Source: Bacteroidota bacterium (GTDB lineage Bacteria; Bacteroidota; Bacteroidia; Chitinophagales; Chitinophagaceae). Taken from it: a stretch of DNA of 64,000 nt. The position numbers were made by a program, and so were the translations under genes. Below, piece after piece: positions 37,533 through 47,852 of the stretch (its first letter is position 1; every line of letters starts with the position of its first letter). A model generated the notes under the pieces. That model saw only the letters and a program-made list of their open reading frames with translations, was not told where the DNA came from and ran no database searches. The stretch covers positions 2,663 to 66,662 of the forward strand of contig CANJPH010000011.1 of NCBI GenBank assembly GCA_947476145.1. Reading direction: 5' to 3'.

Positions 37533-38771
37533 ATGAAGCAATTTGAGGTGCCCAATGGATATCGAAGCCGCTTAATTACTGCCATTAAGCAGAAAAGAAA
37601 AGCAGATGATAAATTAAAAAAAGATTTTACTCCTACCCTGTTGGATTTAGGCACCGTGCAATTTTATTTAGCGCGTCATTTGGGATTTTGTTACGGGGTA
37701 GAAAACGCCATTGACATTGCATATAAAACCATAGAAGAAAATAAAGGAAAAAGAATTTATTTATTAAGTGAAATGATTCACAACCCGCAAGTAAATGCGG
37801 ACCTCATTCAAAAAGGCGTAAAATTCTTGCACGATACCAATGGAAATACAATTATCCCATTAGAAGAATTAACAGCCGATGACGTTGTGATGATTCCTGC
37901 CTTTGGAACCACTTTAGAATTAGAAAAAATAATTCAAGATAAAGGCATTGAAATTCAAAATTATAATACAACTTGTCCCTTTGTAGAAAAAGTATGGAAC
38001 CGAAGTGAACAGATTGCTAGAAAAGGATACTCCATTATAATACATGGTAAGCCAAAACATGAAGAAACAAGGGCAACGTTTTCACACGCCGCTTCCAATA
38101 CGCCTACATTGATTGTGAATGACATGGAAGAAACCATCCTGCTGGGAAATTATATTTTAGGCAAGTTAAGTGAAGCTGAATTTTTTAAATATTTTTCTGG
38201 AAGGTACTCCCATGGATTTGATCCCATTTTAGACTTAACCAAATTTGGTGTAGTGAATCAAACAACCCAATTGGCTACAGATACACAAGCTATTTCTGAT
38301 TATCTAAAGAAAATAATCATTGAAAAATATGGCGTGGAAAATATAGAAGCACATTTTGCAGATACCCGTGACACCCTTTGCTATGCGACTAATGACAACC
38401 AATCAGCCGTCATTGGCTTACTAGAAACCAGTGCCGATTTGGCCATTGTAATGGGCGGCAAAAATAGCAGCAACAGTTCTCATTTAGTAGAATTGTGTGA
38501 GCAAAAACTACCTACTTATTTTATTGATGATGTTAGTAAAGTGGTGAGCGAAAGCGAAATAATTCATGCCGATTGGAAAAACAAAACGGCTCAAGTCGTT
38601 CACAATTACCTACCCAAAAAAGAAACGGTAAAAATTCTTATGACCAGTGGTGCGAGCTGCCCCGATGCAGTCGTAGAATCTGTCATCCAAAAAATAGCAG
38701 GTTATTTTGGTAAAGAAGCAGCATTGGATCAACTAATTCTTGAATGGGAAAAACACCAGGTGAATGAATAA
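37533..38771 (+). CDS. ispH: 4-hydroxy-3-methylbut-2-enyl diphosphate reductase
   Basis: GFCYGVENA, IHNP, TTCPFV, TLCYATNDNQ, GGKNSSNS, TSGASCPD. Confidence 0.93.
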   Translation: MKQFEVPNGYRSRLITAIKQKRKADDKLKKDFTPTLLDLGTVQFYLARHLGFCYGVENAIDIAYKTIEENKGKRIYLLSEMIHNPQVNADLIQKGVKFLHDTNGNTIIPLEELTADDVVMIPAFGTTLELEKIIQDKGIEIQNYNTTCPFVEKVWNRSEQIARKGYSIIIHGKPKHEETRATFSHAASNTPTLIVNDMEETILLGNYILGKLSEAEFFKYFSGRYSHGFDPILDLTKFGVVNQTTQLATDTQAISDYLKKIIIEKYGVENIEAHFADTRDTLCYATNDNQSAVIGLLETSADLAIVMGGKNSSNSSHLVELCEQKLPTYFIDDVSKVVSESEIIHADWKNKTAQVVHNYLPKKETVKILMTSGASCPDAVVESVIQKIAGYFGKEAALDQLILEWEKHQVNE

Positions 38772-38807
38772 TCCAAATTTGGATACATTAACTTAGAAAT
38801 TCAAGCA

Positions 38808-39503
38808 CTATAAATTTTTAGACTTACCAATACTTTCTTTGGCCCAGTTGAATGCAATTTCAAATTGCGCGGCTCTATCCAGATGACTATTGTCCAATAC
38901 CAGCGCATCCTCCGCCTGTTTTAAAGGACTATGTTCCCTCGTACTATCAATAAGGTCTCTATGTTGTAAATTTTCTGCAACGGCTTCCATGGTAATTGAA
39001 GGATTGGTTGCTTGTAATTCTAAATAACGTCTATTGGCTCTGATTTCCGGCTGCGCAGTTACAAATATTTTTAATTCAGCATTGGGAAAAACCACCGTGC
39101 CAATATCACGACCATCCATTACAATCCCTTTTTGTTGCCCCATGGCTTGTTGTTGCGCCACTGCAAAATCGCGCACTGCTGCAATAGCAGCCACTTCACT
39201 CACTTTTGAACTCACTTGCATTTCACGAATAAGAAGTTCCACGTTTTCTCCATTCAAAAACATATCACTTTTAAGTGTATTTGAATTGTATTCAAAGTGC
39301 AACTTTATATTGTTTAAAGCTTTTACAATAGCTGTTTCATCCTGAAAAGAAATATGATTTCTCAAAAAATAAAGTGCAATGGCTCTATACATAGCACCTG
39401 TATCAATAAACACATACTCCAGTTTTGCTGCCAAAGCCTTTGCCAACGTGCTTTTCCCGCAGGATGAAAATCCGTCTATGGCTATGATTATTTTATTGGA
39501 CAT
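38808..39503 (-). CDS. cmk: Cytidylate kinase
   Basis: IAIDGFSSCGKST, DTGAMYR, VMDGRDIGTVVFP. Confidence 0.95.
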   Translation of the reverse strand: MSNKIIIAIDGFSSCGKSTLAKALAAKLEYVFIDTGAMYRAIALYFLRNHISFQDETAIVKALNNIKLHFEYNSNTLKSDMFLNGENVELLIREMQVSSKVSEVAAIAAVRDFAVAQQQAMGQQKGIVMDGRDIGTVVFPNAELKIFVTAQPEIRANRRYLELQATNPSITMEAVAENLQHRDLIDSTREHSPLKQAEDALVLDNSHLDRAAQFEIAFNWAKESIGKSKNL

Positions 39504-39561
39504 GTGTTTTTGTTAAAAGAATGTATAATAGTTTATGAATACTGTTAACGTTTTAAGTAAG

Positions 39562-40656
39562 TTAAGGTGCCACCGAAATAGTTTGTGTTTTAGGTAAATT
39601 TGCATTACGAATCGCAATTTGACGAACAGCTTGTGAAACCACCGCTCTTAATGCTTCTTTTGAAATTTCGTCATCGCCTACCATCGCGGGTACGCCTGCA
39701 TCACCACCCTCTCTAATACTTTGTACCAATGGTACTTGACCTAAGAATGGTAAATCATATTCCTCCGCTAAATTGCGACCGCCATCCTTGCCAAATAAAT
39801 AATATTTATTGTTGGGCAATTCTGCTGGTGTAAAGTAGGCCATGTTTTCAATGAGTCCAATAATAGGAACATTGACATTGGCTTGACCAAACATCGCAAT
39901 TGCTTTTTTAGCATCTGCCAACGCTACCGTTTGAGGAGTCGTAACAATTACAACACCCGTTACAGGAACCGTTTGCATAATGGTTAAATGAATATCTCCT
40001 GTGCCCGGTGGCATATCTATCACTAAATAATCTAACTCGCCCCAATCCACATCATTTATAAATTGACGAATGGCACTGCTTGCCATGGGACCTCTCCAAA
40101 CCACCGCATCTTTTTCGTCCACTAATAAACCAATACTCATTAAATCAATTCCAAATTTTTGTATAGGAAGTATAATGCCTTCGCCATTCGCATCTCTCAT
40201 CATGGGTCTTTGTCCTCTCACGCCAAACATGATAGGCACACTTGGTCCATAAATATCTGCATCCATTAATCCCACTTTTGCACCCCCCTCGGCCAATGCC
40301 AATGCTAAATTTGCCGAAACGGTACTTTTTCCCACGCCCCCTTTACCACTTACTACCGCAATGATATTTTTAACTTTTGATAAAATTTTATCGTCCGTTT
40401 TTCGAATGGAACTTGTTCTGGAAGTAAAGCCAACGGTAATAATGGCTTCTTTATTCACCAATAGTTTAATTGCATTTTCACAAGCATTTTTCATCAAATC
40501 CTTCATTGGACAGGCAGGTGTCGTTAATACAATTGTAAAACCCACTTTATTGCCATCAATGACAAGGTCTTCGATCATATTTAAAGTCACCAAATCCTTT
40601 CCCAAGTCCGGTTCCTGTACATTACTTAGTGCTTTTAGGATGTCTGCTTCTGTCAT
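39562..40656 (-). CDS. mrp: Mrp/NBP35 (ApbC) Fe-S cluster carrier ATPase
   Basis: LTTPACP, SGKGGVGKST, DADIYGPS, VVWRGPM, DMPPGTGD. Confidence 0.92.
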   Translation of the reverse strand: MTEADILKALSNVQEPDLGKDLVTLNMIEDLVIDGNKVGFTIVLTTPACPMKDLMKNACENAIKLLVNKEAIITVGFTSRTSSIRKTDDKILSKVKNIIAVVSGKGGVGKSTVSANLALALAEGGAKVGLMDADIYGPSVPIMFGVRGQRPMMRDANGEGIILPIQKFGIDLMSIGLLVDEKDAVVWRGPMASSAIRQFINDVDWGELDYLVIDMPPGTGDIHLTIMQTVPVTGVVIVTTPQTVALADAKKAIAMFGQANVNVPIIGLIENMAYFTPAELPNNKYYLFGKDGGRNLAEEYDLPFLGQVPLVQSIREGGDAGVPAMVGDDEISKEALRAVVSQAVRQIAIRNANLPKTQTISVAP

Positions 40657-40759
40657 TTTTGGAAGTTTTTGTTAAAAAGTTGAAAACTCGGGCAAAGTTA
40701 ATTGATGCGACCCTTATTTTAGCAAAAAATTCAAGGTTCTAGCTTAATTTTGCCCTGCT

Positions 40760-41422
40760 ATGAAAAAGACGCTTATTATATTGACGATTGGGATTTTTGG
40801 TATCCTCGCTCAGCCGGCCATGGCTCAGCAGACAGATGCCAATACCCCAAATATTTATAGAGATTCGGTGGTTCAGCTATTTGGTGTGGTCATGACCGCC
40901 GATAGTTTAAAGGCCATCCCATTTGCTAGTGTGGTAGTGAATAATAAGGGGCGCGGAACCGTTACCAACTATGATGGAGTTTTTTCCATTGCGGTAAATA
41001 AAGGGGAGAGAATCACTTTCACTTGTGTAGGATTCAAAGACAGAATCATTTTAATTCCCCATAATTTAGAAGGCAACCAATATAGCGTAGTTCAACTCAT
41101 GGTAAATGACACCAACTATTTACCCGTTACCATTTTAAAACCAAGACCCACACGCGCGCAATTTGATAGAGATTTTGTGAACACCAGAGTGGCTGATGAT
41201 TTATACGAGACGGCTAGGAAGAATACAAGCGAATCTCAGAAAAAAATTATTCTTGCTTCTTTACCTAGGGATGGAAAAGAAGCCGTTGGTGCTTCTATAA
41301 GCAATCAGGCTTCAAAATATTATTACTCTGGCCAGTTGCCCCCTATGAACATTCTAAATCCTGTTGCTTGGAAAAGTTTTATTAACGCCTGGAAAAGAGG
41401 TGACTATAAATCGAAAAAATAA
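40760..41422 (+). CDS. Exported carboxypeptidase-like regulatory domain protein
   Basis: Signal peptide; GVVMxADSLxAIPFASV, GTVTNYDGVFSI, FTCVGF. Confidence 0.75.
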   Translation: MKKTLIILTIGIFGILAQPAMAQQTDANTPNIYRDSVVQLFGVVMTADSLKAIPFASVVVNNKGRGTVTNYDGVFSIAVNKGERITFTCVGFKDRIILIPHNLEGNQYSVVQLMVNDTNYLPVTILKPRPTRAQFDRDFVNTRVADDLYETARKNTSESQKKIILASLPRDGKEAVGASISNQASKYYYSGQLPPMNILNPVAWKSFINAWKRGDYKSKK

Positions 41423-41451
41423 TTTTCAAATATCTACCACCTTTTCAAAAA

Positions 41452-42303
41452 ATGAATATGAATAAGATAGCAGTGATTGGAGCCGGCACGATGGGAAATG
41501 GAATTGCACATGTCTTTGCACAAAAAGGATTTGAAGTTCATATTATTGATACCCAAAAGACAGCGCTTGATAAAGCGATAGCAACTATCGAAAAAAATTT
41601 AGATCGACAAATTAACAAAGGGATTATTAATAGCGAGGATAAAGCCAATACGCTTAAAAAAATTATTCCTTTCACCTCCATTGAATTGGGAATAGTGGAT
41701 GTGGATTTAGCAGTGGAAGCCGCTACTGAAAACAGTGAAATTAAAAAAAGTATTTTTGTACAGATGGATGAAAAGGCCAAGCCTTCCTGCATATTAGCCA
41801 CCAATACCTCCTCCATCCCTATTGCTCAATTGGCAGCCGTTACCCAGCGTCCAGAAAAAGTTATTGGAATGCACTTTATGAACCCAGTACCGGTGATGAA
41901 GTTAGTAGAAATCATTAATGGGGTTGACACAAGTGAGGATACTACAAAAAGTATCGTTACATTAACTACTGCGATTGAGAAAATTCCTTGCGTTGTAAAA
42001 GATGCTCCTGGCTTTATTGCCAATCGAATTTTAATGCCCATGATTAATGAAGCCATTTACGCCTTCTCCGAAGGTATTAGTGATGCAACTACCATAGATC
42101 AAATTATGAAACTAGGCATGGCCCACCCAATGGGTCCTTTACAATTAGCAGACTATATTGGACTTGATGTTTGTAAAAACATTTTGGACATTATGTATGA
42201 TGGGTTTAAGAATGAAAAATATGCACCCTGTCCATTATTGATTGAAATGGTGCAGCATGGAAAATTAGGTGTGAAATCAGGTGAAGGTTTTTACAAATAC
42301 TAA
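41452..42303 (+). CDS. hbd: 3-hydroxybutyryl-CoA dehydrogenase
   Basis: VIGAGTMGNGIA, EAATEN, ATNTSS, GMHFMNP, GFIANR, HPMGPL. Confidence 0.9.
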   Translation: MNMNKIAVIGAGTMGNGIAHVFAQKGFEVHIIDTQKTALDKAIATIEKNLDRQINKGIINSEDKANTLKKIIPFTSIELGIVDVDLAVEAATENSEIKKSIFVQMDEKAKPSCILATNTSSIPIAQLAAVTQRPEKVIGMHFMNPVPVMKLVEIINGVDTSEDTTKSIVTLTTAIEKIPCVVKDAPGFIANRILMPMINEAIYAFSEGISDATTIDQIMKLGMAHPMGPLQLADYIGLDVCKNILDIMYDGFKNEKYAPCPLLIEMVQHGKLGVKSGEGFYKY

Positions 42304-42911
42304 ACAAGCAAATCGGTCTTATAGCTTACGCCTTGTAAATCTTGTATTTTATGAATAACTTCTTCTAGCCTATTTTTTGGAATGCCAATTTTTAATTCCA
42401 CAAATAGTTGTGCGACTTGCTCCACCACAGAACAGTTGTATTGTTTTACAATCATCATTACTTCATTCATTTGCTGATAATCAAAATTAAGTGCGTAAGT
42501 CACTTCCACCGCTTTTTGAATAATGGGCGATAATTGTAATACTAAAGATGTGGTCGTTTTATACGCATTAATTAAACCAGGTACCCCTAATAATGTGCCA
42601 CCAAAATAACGCACTACCACCACCATAATATTGGTTAATTGCTTGCTATCTATTTGGCCTAAAATAGGACGCCCTGCAGATCCTGATGGCTCTCCGTCGT
42701 CATTTACCCTAAATGTAGCACCATCCACTCCTATTCGGTAAGCCAAACAATGATGCACCGCTTTAGGATGTTCCTTTTTTAACTTTGCTAAATGTTTTTT
42801 ACAGGCTTCAATACTTAACACAGGAAAGCTATACGCTAAAAACTTACTTCCGCGGTCTTTAAATTCTGCGACTGCTGGCTGCTCAATAGTATTGTAAAAA
42901 AAAGGATCCAT
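42300..42911 (-). CDS. yigZ: IMPACT/YigZ family protein
   Basis: FKDRGSKF, DDGEPSGSAG, VVRYFGGTLLG. Confidence 0.9.
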   Translation of the reverse strand: MDPFFYNTIEQPAVAEFKDRGSKFLAYSFPVLSIEACKKHLAKLKKEHPKAVHHCLAYRIGVDGATFRVNDDGEPSGSAGRPILGQIDSKQLTNIMVVVVRYFGGTLLGVPGLINAYKTTTSLVLQLSPIIQKAVEVTYALNFDYQQMNEVMMIVKQYNCSVVEQVAQLFVELKIGIPKNRLEEVIHKIQDLQGVSYKTDLLV

Positions 42912-42972
42912 TCACTAAATAATAACTAGTCAAAGCTAACGCATAATGGGCATTCATTTGTAACATTGCATT

Positions 42973-43830
42973 ATGAGTTTACAGGAACTTAAACAGAAAT
43001 GCAAAGCAACACTTGCTAGCCAATATGAAAACATTGAATTGAATAGTTTAATGTCTATTTTATTTGAACACATCACCGGCTGGGATCAATTAAAACAAGT
43101 ATTAAATAAGGAACAAAAATTACCGCAAGATAAAATAGACCAATTCCATAAGGCGCTTACATCTCTTCAGGAAGGAATGCCTATTCAGTACATTATTGGA
43201 AAGGCGTGGTTTATGGGACATGATTATATTGTAAATGAAAATGTATTAATCCCCAGACCCGAAACAGAAGAATTGGTAGAATGGATTATTGAATACGCAA
43301 CCATTATTGACAAACCATTACAAGTATTAGATATTGGAACAGGTTCCGGTTGTATTCCCATTGCCATAAAATTAGCAGTACCAAATTGTATGGTGGCAGG
43401 ATTAGACATTAGTGAAAAAGCTTTGCAAATTGCAAAACAAAATGCAAGCCAATTGCTAGCGGATATTAGTTGGATGCAGGAGGATATTTTAAACACCACT
43501 TACCTACCCAATCAATTTGATATTATGGTAAGTAACCCGCCTTATATCCCATTTAAAGAAAATGCAAATATGCAGGTACAAGTAAAAAACTTTGAACCTA
43601 GTATTGCACTTTTTGTAAAGGACGAGGATCCACTTATTTTTTACAGGACCATTGCAAGATTGGGTAAGCAATATTTAAAACCCAATGGTCAACTATTTTT
43701 CGAAATGCATTATGACCAAGGCAAAGCATTATTAGCCTTATTTGACGAAATGGGCTATCATGCAGAACTACGCCAGGATATGTTTGGTAAAGACAGAATG
43801 TTAAGAGCCAGTCTTAAAAGAGCTAGCTAA
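42973..43830 (+). CDS. prmC: Peptide chain release factor N5-glutamine methyltransferase
   Basis: PIQYIIG, VLIPRPETEEL, DIGTGSGCI, VSNPPY, EPxxAL. Confidence 0.95.
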   Translation: MSLQELKQKCKATLASQYENIELNSLMSILFEHITGWDQLKQVLNKEQKLPQDKIDQFHKALTSLQEGMPIQYIIGKAWFMGHDYIVNENVLIPRPETEELVEWIIEYATIIDKPLQVLDIGTGSGCIPIAIKLAVPNCMVAGLDISEKALQIAKQNASQLLADISWMQEDILNTTYLPNQFDIMVSNPPYIPFKENANMQVQVKNFEPSIALFVKDEDPLIFYRTIARLGKQYLKPNGQLFFEMHYDQGKALLALFDEMGYHAELRQDMFGKDRMLRASLKRAS

Positions 43831-43846
43831 ATAAGAGCAATGAAAA

Positions 43847-44245
43847 TTAATGATTAGGATCTACTGCCACTACCGGTGTTGCACCTAATTTTTTTACAAT
43901 TTGCATTACTTGAATGGTAACGCCTAAATTAGCAACGCTGTCTCCATTAATTACAACAGAAGGCTTATCGGTTTCCTTATCTAAAAATATTTTTAATTGT
44001 CCTGACAAGGAATCGATCATCACCGGCGTGGAACCAATAAATAAATGCTGGTCTTTGTCAATGGTAACCACCACCGTTTGTTTTGCCTTCGTGTCACTCT
44101 CCGATTTAGGATTAGAAACCTTAATTACATTGGGATTGGCTAAGGTGGACACGATTAGAAAAAACAATAGCAGTATGAATAAAATATCATTCAATGCTCC
44201 CGTATGTACTTCGGGCTGATGCCTTAAGCGATTTCTTAAATTCAT
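43847..44245 (-). CDS. exbD: Biopolymer transport protein ExbD
   Basis: LNDILFILLLFFLI TM with conserved Asp, followed by a periplasmic domain. Confidence 0.88.
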   Translation of the reverse strand: MNLRNRLRHQPEVHTGALNDILFILLLFFLIVSTLANPNVIKVSNPKSESDTKAKQTVVVTIDKDQHLFIGSTPVMIDSLSGQLKIFLDKETDKPSVVINGDSVANLGVTIQVMQIVKKLGATPVVAVDPNH

Positions 44246-44254
44246 AGTACTGGT

Positions 44255-44905
44255 TTACGAATGCGTTGTTTCTTGTAAAATATCTAGGAAATCGGCACTC
44301 GCCGTTTCCATTTTATTCGCAGTCTTGTCTATTTGTGTAGAAAGATAATTATGTCCTACATAGGCAATTAATCCAATGATTAAGCCTGTTGCAGAAGTAA
44401 TCATTTTAGTATAAATACCGCCCGCAATGGTGTTTAAAGTATACTCACCGGTTGAAGCGATGCCGTAAAACAACTGCACCATACCTACAATCGTTCCTAA
44501 GAAACCAAACATCGGTGCAATCCCTGCTATTAAAGATAAAATATTCAAATTACGCTCCATTGCGTACATCTCTAATTTTCCAACATTCTCCATGCTCTTT
44601 TCAATGGCATCCAAGGGCTTGCCCATTCTCATAATTCCTTTTTCAATCATCTTTGCAACTGGATTATCGGTATTCTTAGCATAACTTTTTGCTGCCGTTA
44701 CATTTCCTGACAATAAATTATCCTTAATAACCAACATGAATTTAGGATCAATGGCACCGGCTTTTTTAATTGCCAACATGCGCTCTATGAAAACATAAAT
44801 CGCAACCACTAATAGAGCATAAAGAGGATACATAATCCATCCACCTTTTTGCAATAAACTTAATAAGGAAATTTTATTTTGAGCTACATCTAATAAAAAC
44901 AACAT
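44255..44905 (-). CDS. exbB: MotA/TolQ/ExbB proton channel family protein
   Basis: GGWIMYPL, IAGIAPMFGFLGTIVGM, IAGGIYTKMITSA. Confidence 0.9.
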   Translation of the reverse strand: MLFLLDVAQNKISLLSLLQKGGWIMYPLYALLVVAIYVFIERMLAIKKAGAIDPKFMLVIKDNLLSGNVTAAKSYAKNTDNPVAKMIEKGIMRMGKPLDAIEKSMENVGKLEMYAMERNLNILSLIAGIAPMFGFLGTIVGMVQLFYGIASTGEYTLNTIAGGIYTKMITSATGLIIGLIAYVGHNYLSTQIDKTANKMETASADFLDILQETTHS

Positions 44906-44928
44906 AGTAGGTAATTTATTTTTTAAAG

Positions 44929-46194
44929 TTAATTTATTTCTACCAAATTTACCAATACTTCTACCGCCTTTAGCATATCTCTAACACCTATCCACTCGTG
45001 CTTACTATGAATGGCTTGCATGCCGGTAAATATATTAGGAGTTGGCAGACCCATAAAACTCATCCTGCTTCCATCCGTTCCGCCTCTGATGGGTGTAATG
45101 ATGGGCTTTATATTCGCTTTTTCATAGGCCTTTATTGCACGTTCCACAATCACAGGGTGCTGATCAATCACTTCCCGCATATTTCGATACTGCTCGGTTA
45201 CCTCTATAGTCAATTTTACTTTGGAAAAATCTGGATTGAAATTAACTACCCCTTGTGCAATTTCCAATAATCTATGGGCATACTCCTTTAATCTTGGCGT
45301 ATCAAAGTCCCTTACTAAAAATTCAATTTTTGCTTTTTCTGCACCCCCTTCTATATGATTGGGATGAATAAAACCCATACGATCCTGGGTATATTCTGGA
45401 CACCATTCGTATTTTGGCAATGCCGCCAATATTTCACCGGCCACTTTAATGGCATTTTGCATCACTCCTTTTGCTGCACCTGGATGTGCAATCACTCCTT
45501 CAATATGCAACACTAAAAAATCGGCGCTAAATGTCTCCATTTCAAAACTTCCTAACGCTCCACCATCCAAAGTATAACCATAATCTGCTCCTAATTTTTT
45601 CAAGTCTAAATGCTCGGTCCCTCTGCCAACTTCTTCGTCCGGGGTAAACAATATTTTAACAGGGCCATGTGCAATATTTTTGTTTTCCATTAAATACTTT
45701 GCCATTTCCATAATAATAGTGACGCCCGCTTTATCATCTCCTCCTAACAAGGTTTTGCCCGATGCAGTAACAATAGCCTCCCCAATAAATGATTTTAAAT
45801 AGGGATAGTCTTTACTTGAAATAATTTGTGATGAATCATCTGGCAATACAATATCCTGGCCATCATAGTTTTGGTGTAAAATGGGTTTCACATTGGTACC
45901 ACTGCAATCCGGGGCCGTATCCACATGGGCACAAAAACAAATCACGGGCAATGGCTTCGCATTAAGCTGCATGATGGTTTCTGGTATATTTGCTGGAATA
46001 CTTGCCATTACATACCCATACGCATCCAAGTGCGCATCCTCTATGCCAAAAGAAAGTAATTCTTTGACCAGTAATTCGGAAAGATTTTTTTGTTTTTCAG
46101 TGGAAGGAAAATTGGTGCTGTTGGGGTCACTTTGCGTATCAATTTGCACATAGCGCATAAACCTATCCGCTACTTCTAATGTTTGCAATGCCAT
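44929..46194 (-). CDS. pepT: Peptidase T (tripeptide aminopeptidase)
   Basis: RFMRYVQIDTQS, AHVDT, LLGGDDKAG, TPDEEVG, IRGGTDG, HSKHEW. Confidence 0.94.
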   Translation of the reverse strand: MALQTLEVADRFMRYVQIDTQSDPNSTNFPSTEKQKNLSELLVKELLSFGIEDAHLDAYGYVMASIPANIPETIMQLNAKPLPVICFCAHVDTAPDCSGTNVKPILHQNYDGQDIVLPDDSSQIISSKDYPYLKSFIGEAIVTASGKTLLGGDDKAGVTIIMEMAKYLMENKNIAHGPVKILFTPDEEVGRGTEHLDLKKLGADYGYTLDGGALGSFEMETFSADFLVLHIEGVIAHPGAAKGVMQNAIKVAGEILAALPKYEWCPEYTQDRMGFIHPNHIEGGAEKAKIEFLVRDFDTPRLKEYAHRLLEIAQGVVNFNPDFSKVKLTIEVTEQYRNMREVIDQHPVIVERAIKAYEKANIKPIITPIRGGTDGSRMSFMGLPTPNIFTGMQAIHSKHEWIGVRDMLKAVEVLVNLVEIN

Positions 46195-46244
46195 ACTTAA
46201 CTATTTTTTGAAAGATGGTTGAAGGTAATTTGAATTTTGCGAAT

Positions 46245-46279
46245 AAAAAAAGGCGTTCCAGCAATTTGAAACGCCTTTT
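46245..46279 (-). terminator. Intrinsic terminator after the FKBP gene
   Basis: AAAAGGCGTT/AACGCCTTTT 10-bp stem with a U-tract on the minus strand. Confidence 0.75.
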
Positions 46280-46329
46280 ACAAATTACGCTATCCTATTA
46301 GGAAGTAGGCGTAATTAAAAATTATTGAA

Positions 46330-46785
46330 CTAGAACTCAGTTATAATTTTAGAGGGCGTATCAATTTTTACCAATTCTAAATCAAAAGTTAAATCTTGAC
46401 CTGCTAAAGCATGGTTTGCATCCAATACCACTACTTCTTCTTTCACTTCAACCACAATTACTTGAAATTGTTGACCTTGACCGTTGTTCATTGTTAATGC
46501 CATACCCACTGCTGGATTTAAATCGGGTGGAAATTGAGTTTTAGGGAACTCCACGATCATTTCTGGTTGTTTAGGACCATACGCTTCCATAAATGGAATG
46601 TGAACGGTTTTCTTTTCACCCACTGTCATTCCTAAAACGCCATTATCAAAACCTGGAATTACCATTCCGCTTCCTACTTCAAATTCTAGAGGAGCTCTTC
46701 CGTTTGAGGAGTCAAATGTCTCACCACTAGTTAAAGTACCGTGATAATGCACTTGAATGGTATCCCCATTTTTTACTTGTTGCAT
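46330..46785 (-). CDS. FKBP-type peptidyl-prolyl cis-trans isomerase (SlyD-like, no His-rich tail)
   Basis: VHYHGTL, FDSS, VIPGFD, LDANHALAGQDLTF. Confidence 0.92.
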   Translation of the reverse strand: MQQVKNGDTIQVHYHGTLTSGETFDSSNGRAPLEFEVGSGMVIPGFDNGVLGMTVGEKKTVHIPFMEAYGPKQPEMIVEFPKTQFPPDLNPAVGMALTMNNGQGQQFQVIVVEVKEEVVVLDANHALAGQDLTFDLELVKIDTPSKIITEF

Positions 46786-46863
46786 ATTGTATTTTTTAAA
46801 TAAAGCACCTAGGGTGCAAAGGGCAAAAGTACATAATTATGGCAGATAAACTAACTTTGCCCC

Positions 46864-47799
46864 ATGGACAATAAACCAAGCATTGTTTTTATGGGTACCC
46901 CTGCCTTTGCAGTAGCATCGTTGAGCGCATTATTAGCAGCAAAAATGAATGTGGTTGGCGTAGTCACTGCCCCTGATAAGCCCGGTGGCAGAGGCATGCA
47001 GCTGCAACAAAGTGCGGTAAAGCAATTTGCAATTACCCATAATCTACCTTTATTACAGCCAGAAAAATTAAAATCTCCTGAATTTTTTGAAGCTTTAAGT
47101 GCATGGAAACCCGACCTACAAGTGGTGGTTGCGTTTAGAATGCTGCCCGAAAAAATATGGTCATTCCCTCCCATGGGTACTTTAAATGTGCATGGCTCAT
47201 TGCTTCCACAATACCGAGGTGCTGCTCCTATTAATTGGGCCATTATGAACGGAGAAAAAGAAACCGGTGTCACTACCTTCCAATTACAACATGCCATTGA
47301 TACGGGAGATATATTATTACAAGATCGCATTGCCATTTCCGAAAATATGACCGCTGGTGAATTACATGATACTATGATGGAAGTAGGCGCTCATTTATTG
47401 GTAAAAACCTTAAATGGGATGATCAATAACAACATCTCCTCTATTCCTCAAAGCGAAGTACTTGATGGTATTGAAATAAAACATGCTCCTAAAATTTTTA
47501 CTAAAGACTGCGAAATTAATTGGGACCTATCGGTTGAAAAAGTACACAATCATATTAGAGGATTGGCCCCTTTTCCTGGTGCCATCACAAAAGTAGATGG
47601 AAAAATCGTAAAATTATACAGCACAAATATTGTACATGAAACACCAAATGAATTACCGGGTACATTTATAACAGACGGAAATACATTTGCCAAATTTGCT
47701 TGTAAGAACGGGTATTTGAATATTAATGATATTCAATGGGAAGGAAAAAAGAGAATGCCCATTGCCGATTTCTTAAGAGGATATCGTACGCCTTCATAA
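46864..47799 (+). CDS. fmt: Methionyl-tRNA formyltransferase
   Basis: VFMGTPAFA, NVHGSLLPQYRGAAPI, DTGDI. TAACTTTG at 46852-46859. Confidence 0.96.
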   Translation: MDNKPSIVFMGTPAFAVASLSALLAAKMNVVGVVTAPDKPGGRGMQLQQSAVKQFAITHNLPLLQPEKLKSPEFFEALSAWKPDLQVVVAFRMLPEKIWSFPPMGTLNVHGSLLPQYRGAAPINWAIMNGEKETGVTTFQLQHAIDTGDILLQDRIAISENMTAGELHDTMMEVGAHLLVKTLNGMINNNISSIPQSEVLDGIEIKHAPKIFTKDCEINWDLSVEKVHNHIRGLAPFPGAITKVDGKIVKLYSTNIVHETPNELPGTFITDGNTFAKFACKNGYLNINDIQWEGKKRMPIADFLRGYRTPS

Positions 47800-47852
47800 T
47801 ACGCGAAGGATTAAATGTGCGCCACACTTATCATGAACTAGTGAAGCCATTT

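Noticed and set aside
37454-37654. 67-codon N-terminal extension of the ABC-F gene
   Set aside because: It is antisense to the ispH 5' end; a -7 promoter element lies 4 nt before ATG 37453.
39506-39518. GTTTTTGTTAAAA shared upstream of cmk and mrp (40665-40677)
   Set aside because: Low-complexity A/T-rich sequence at different distances from the starts; consistent with the usual A-rich translation initiation region.
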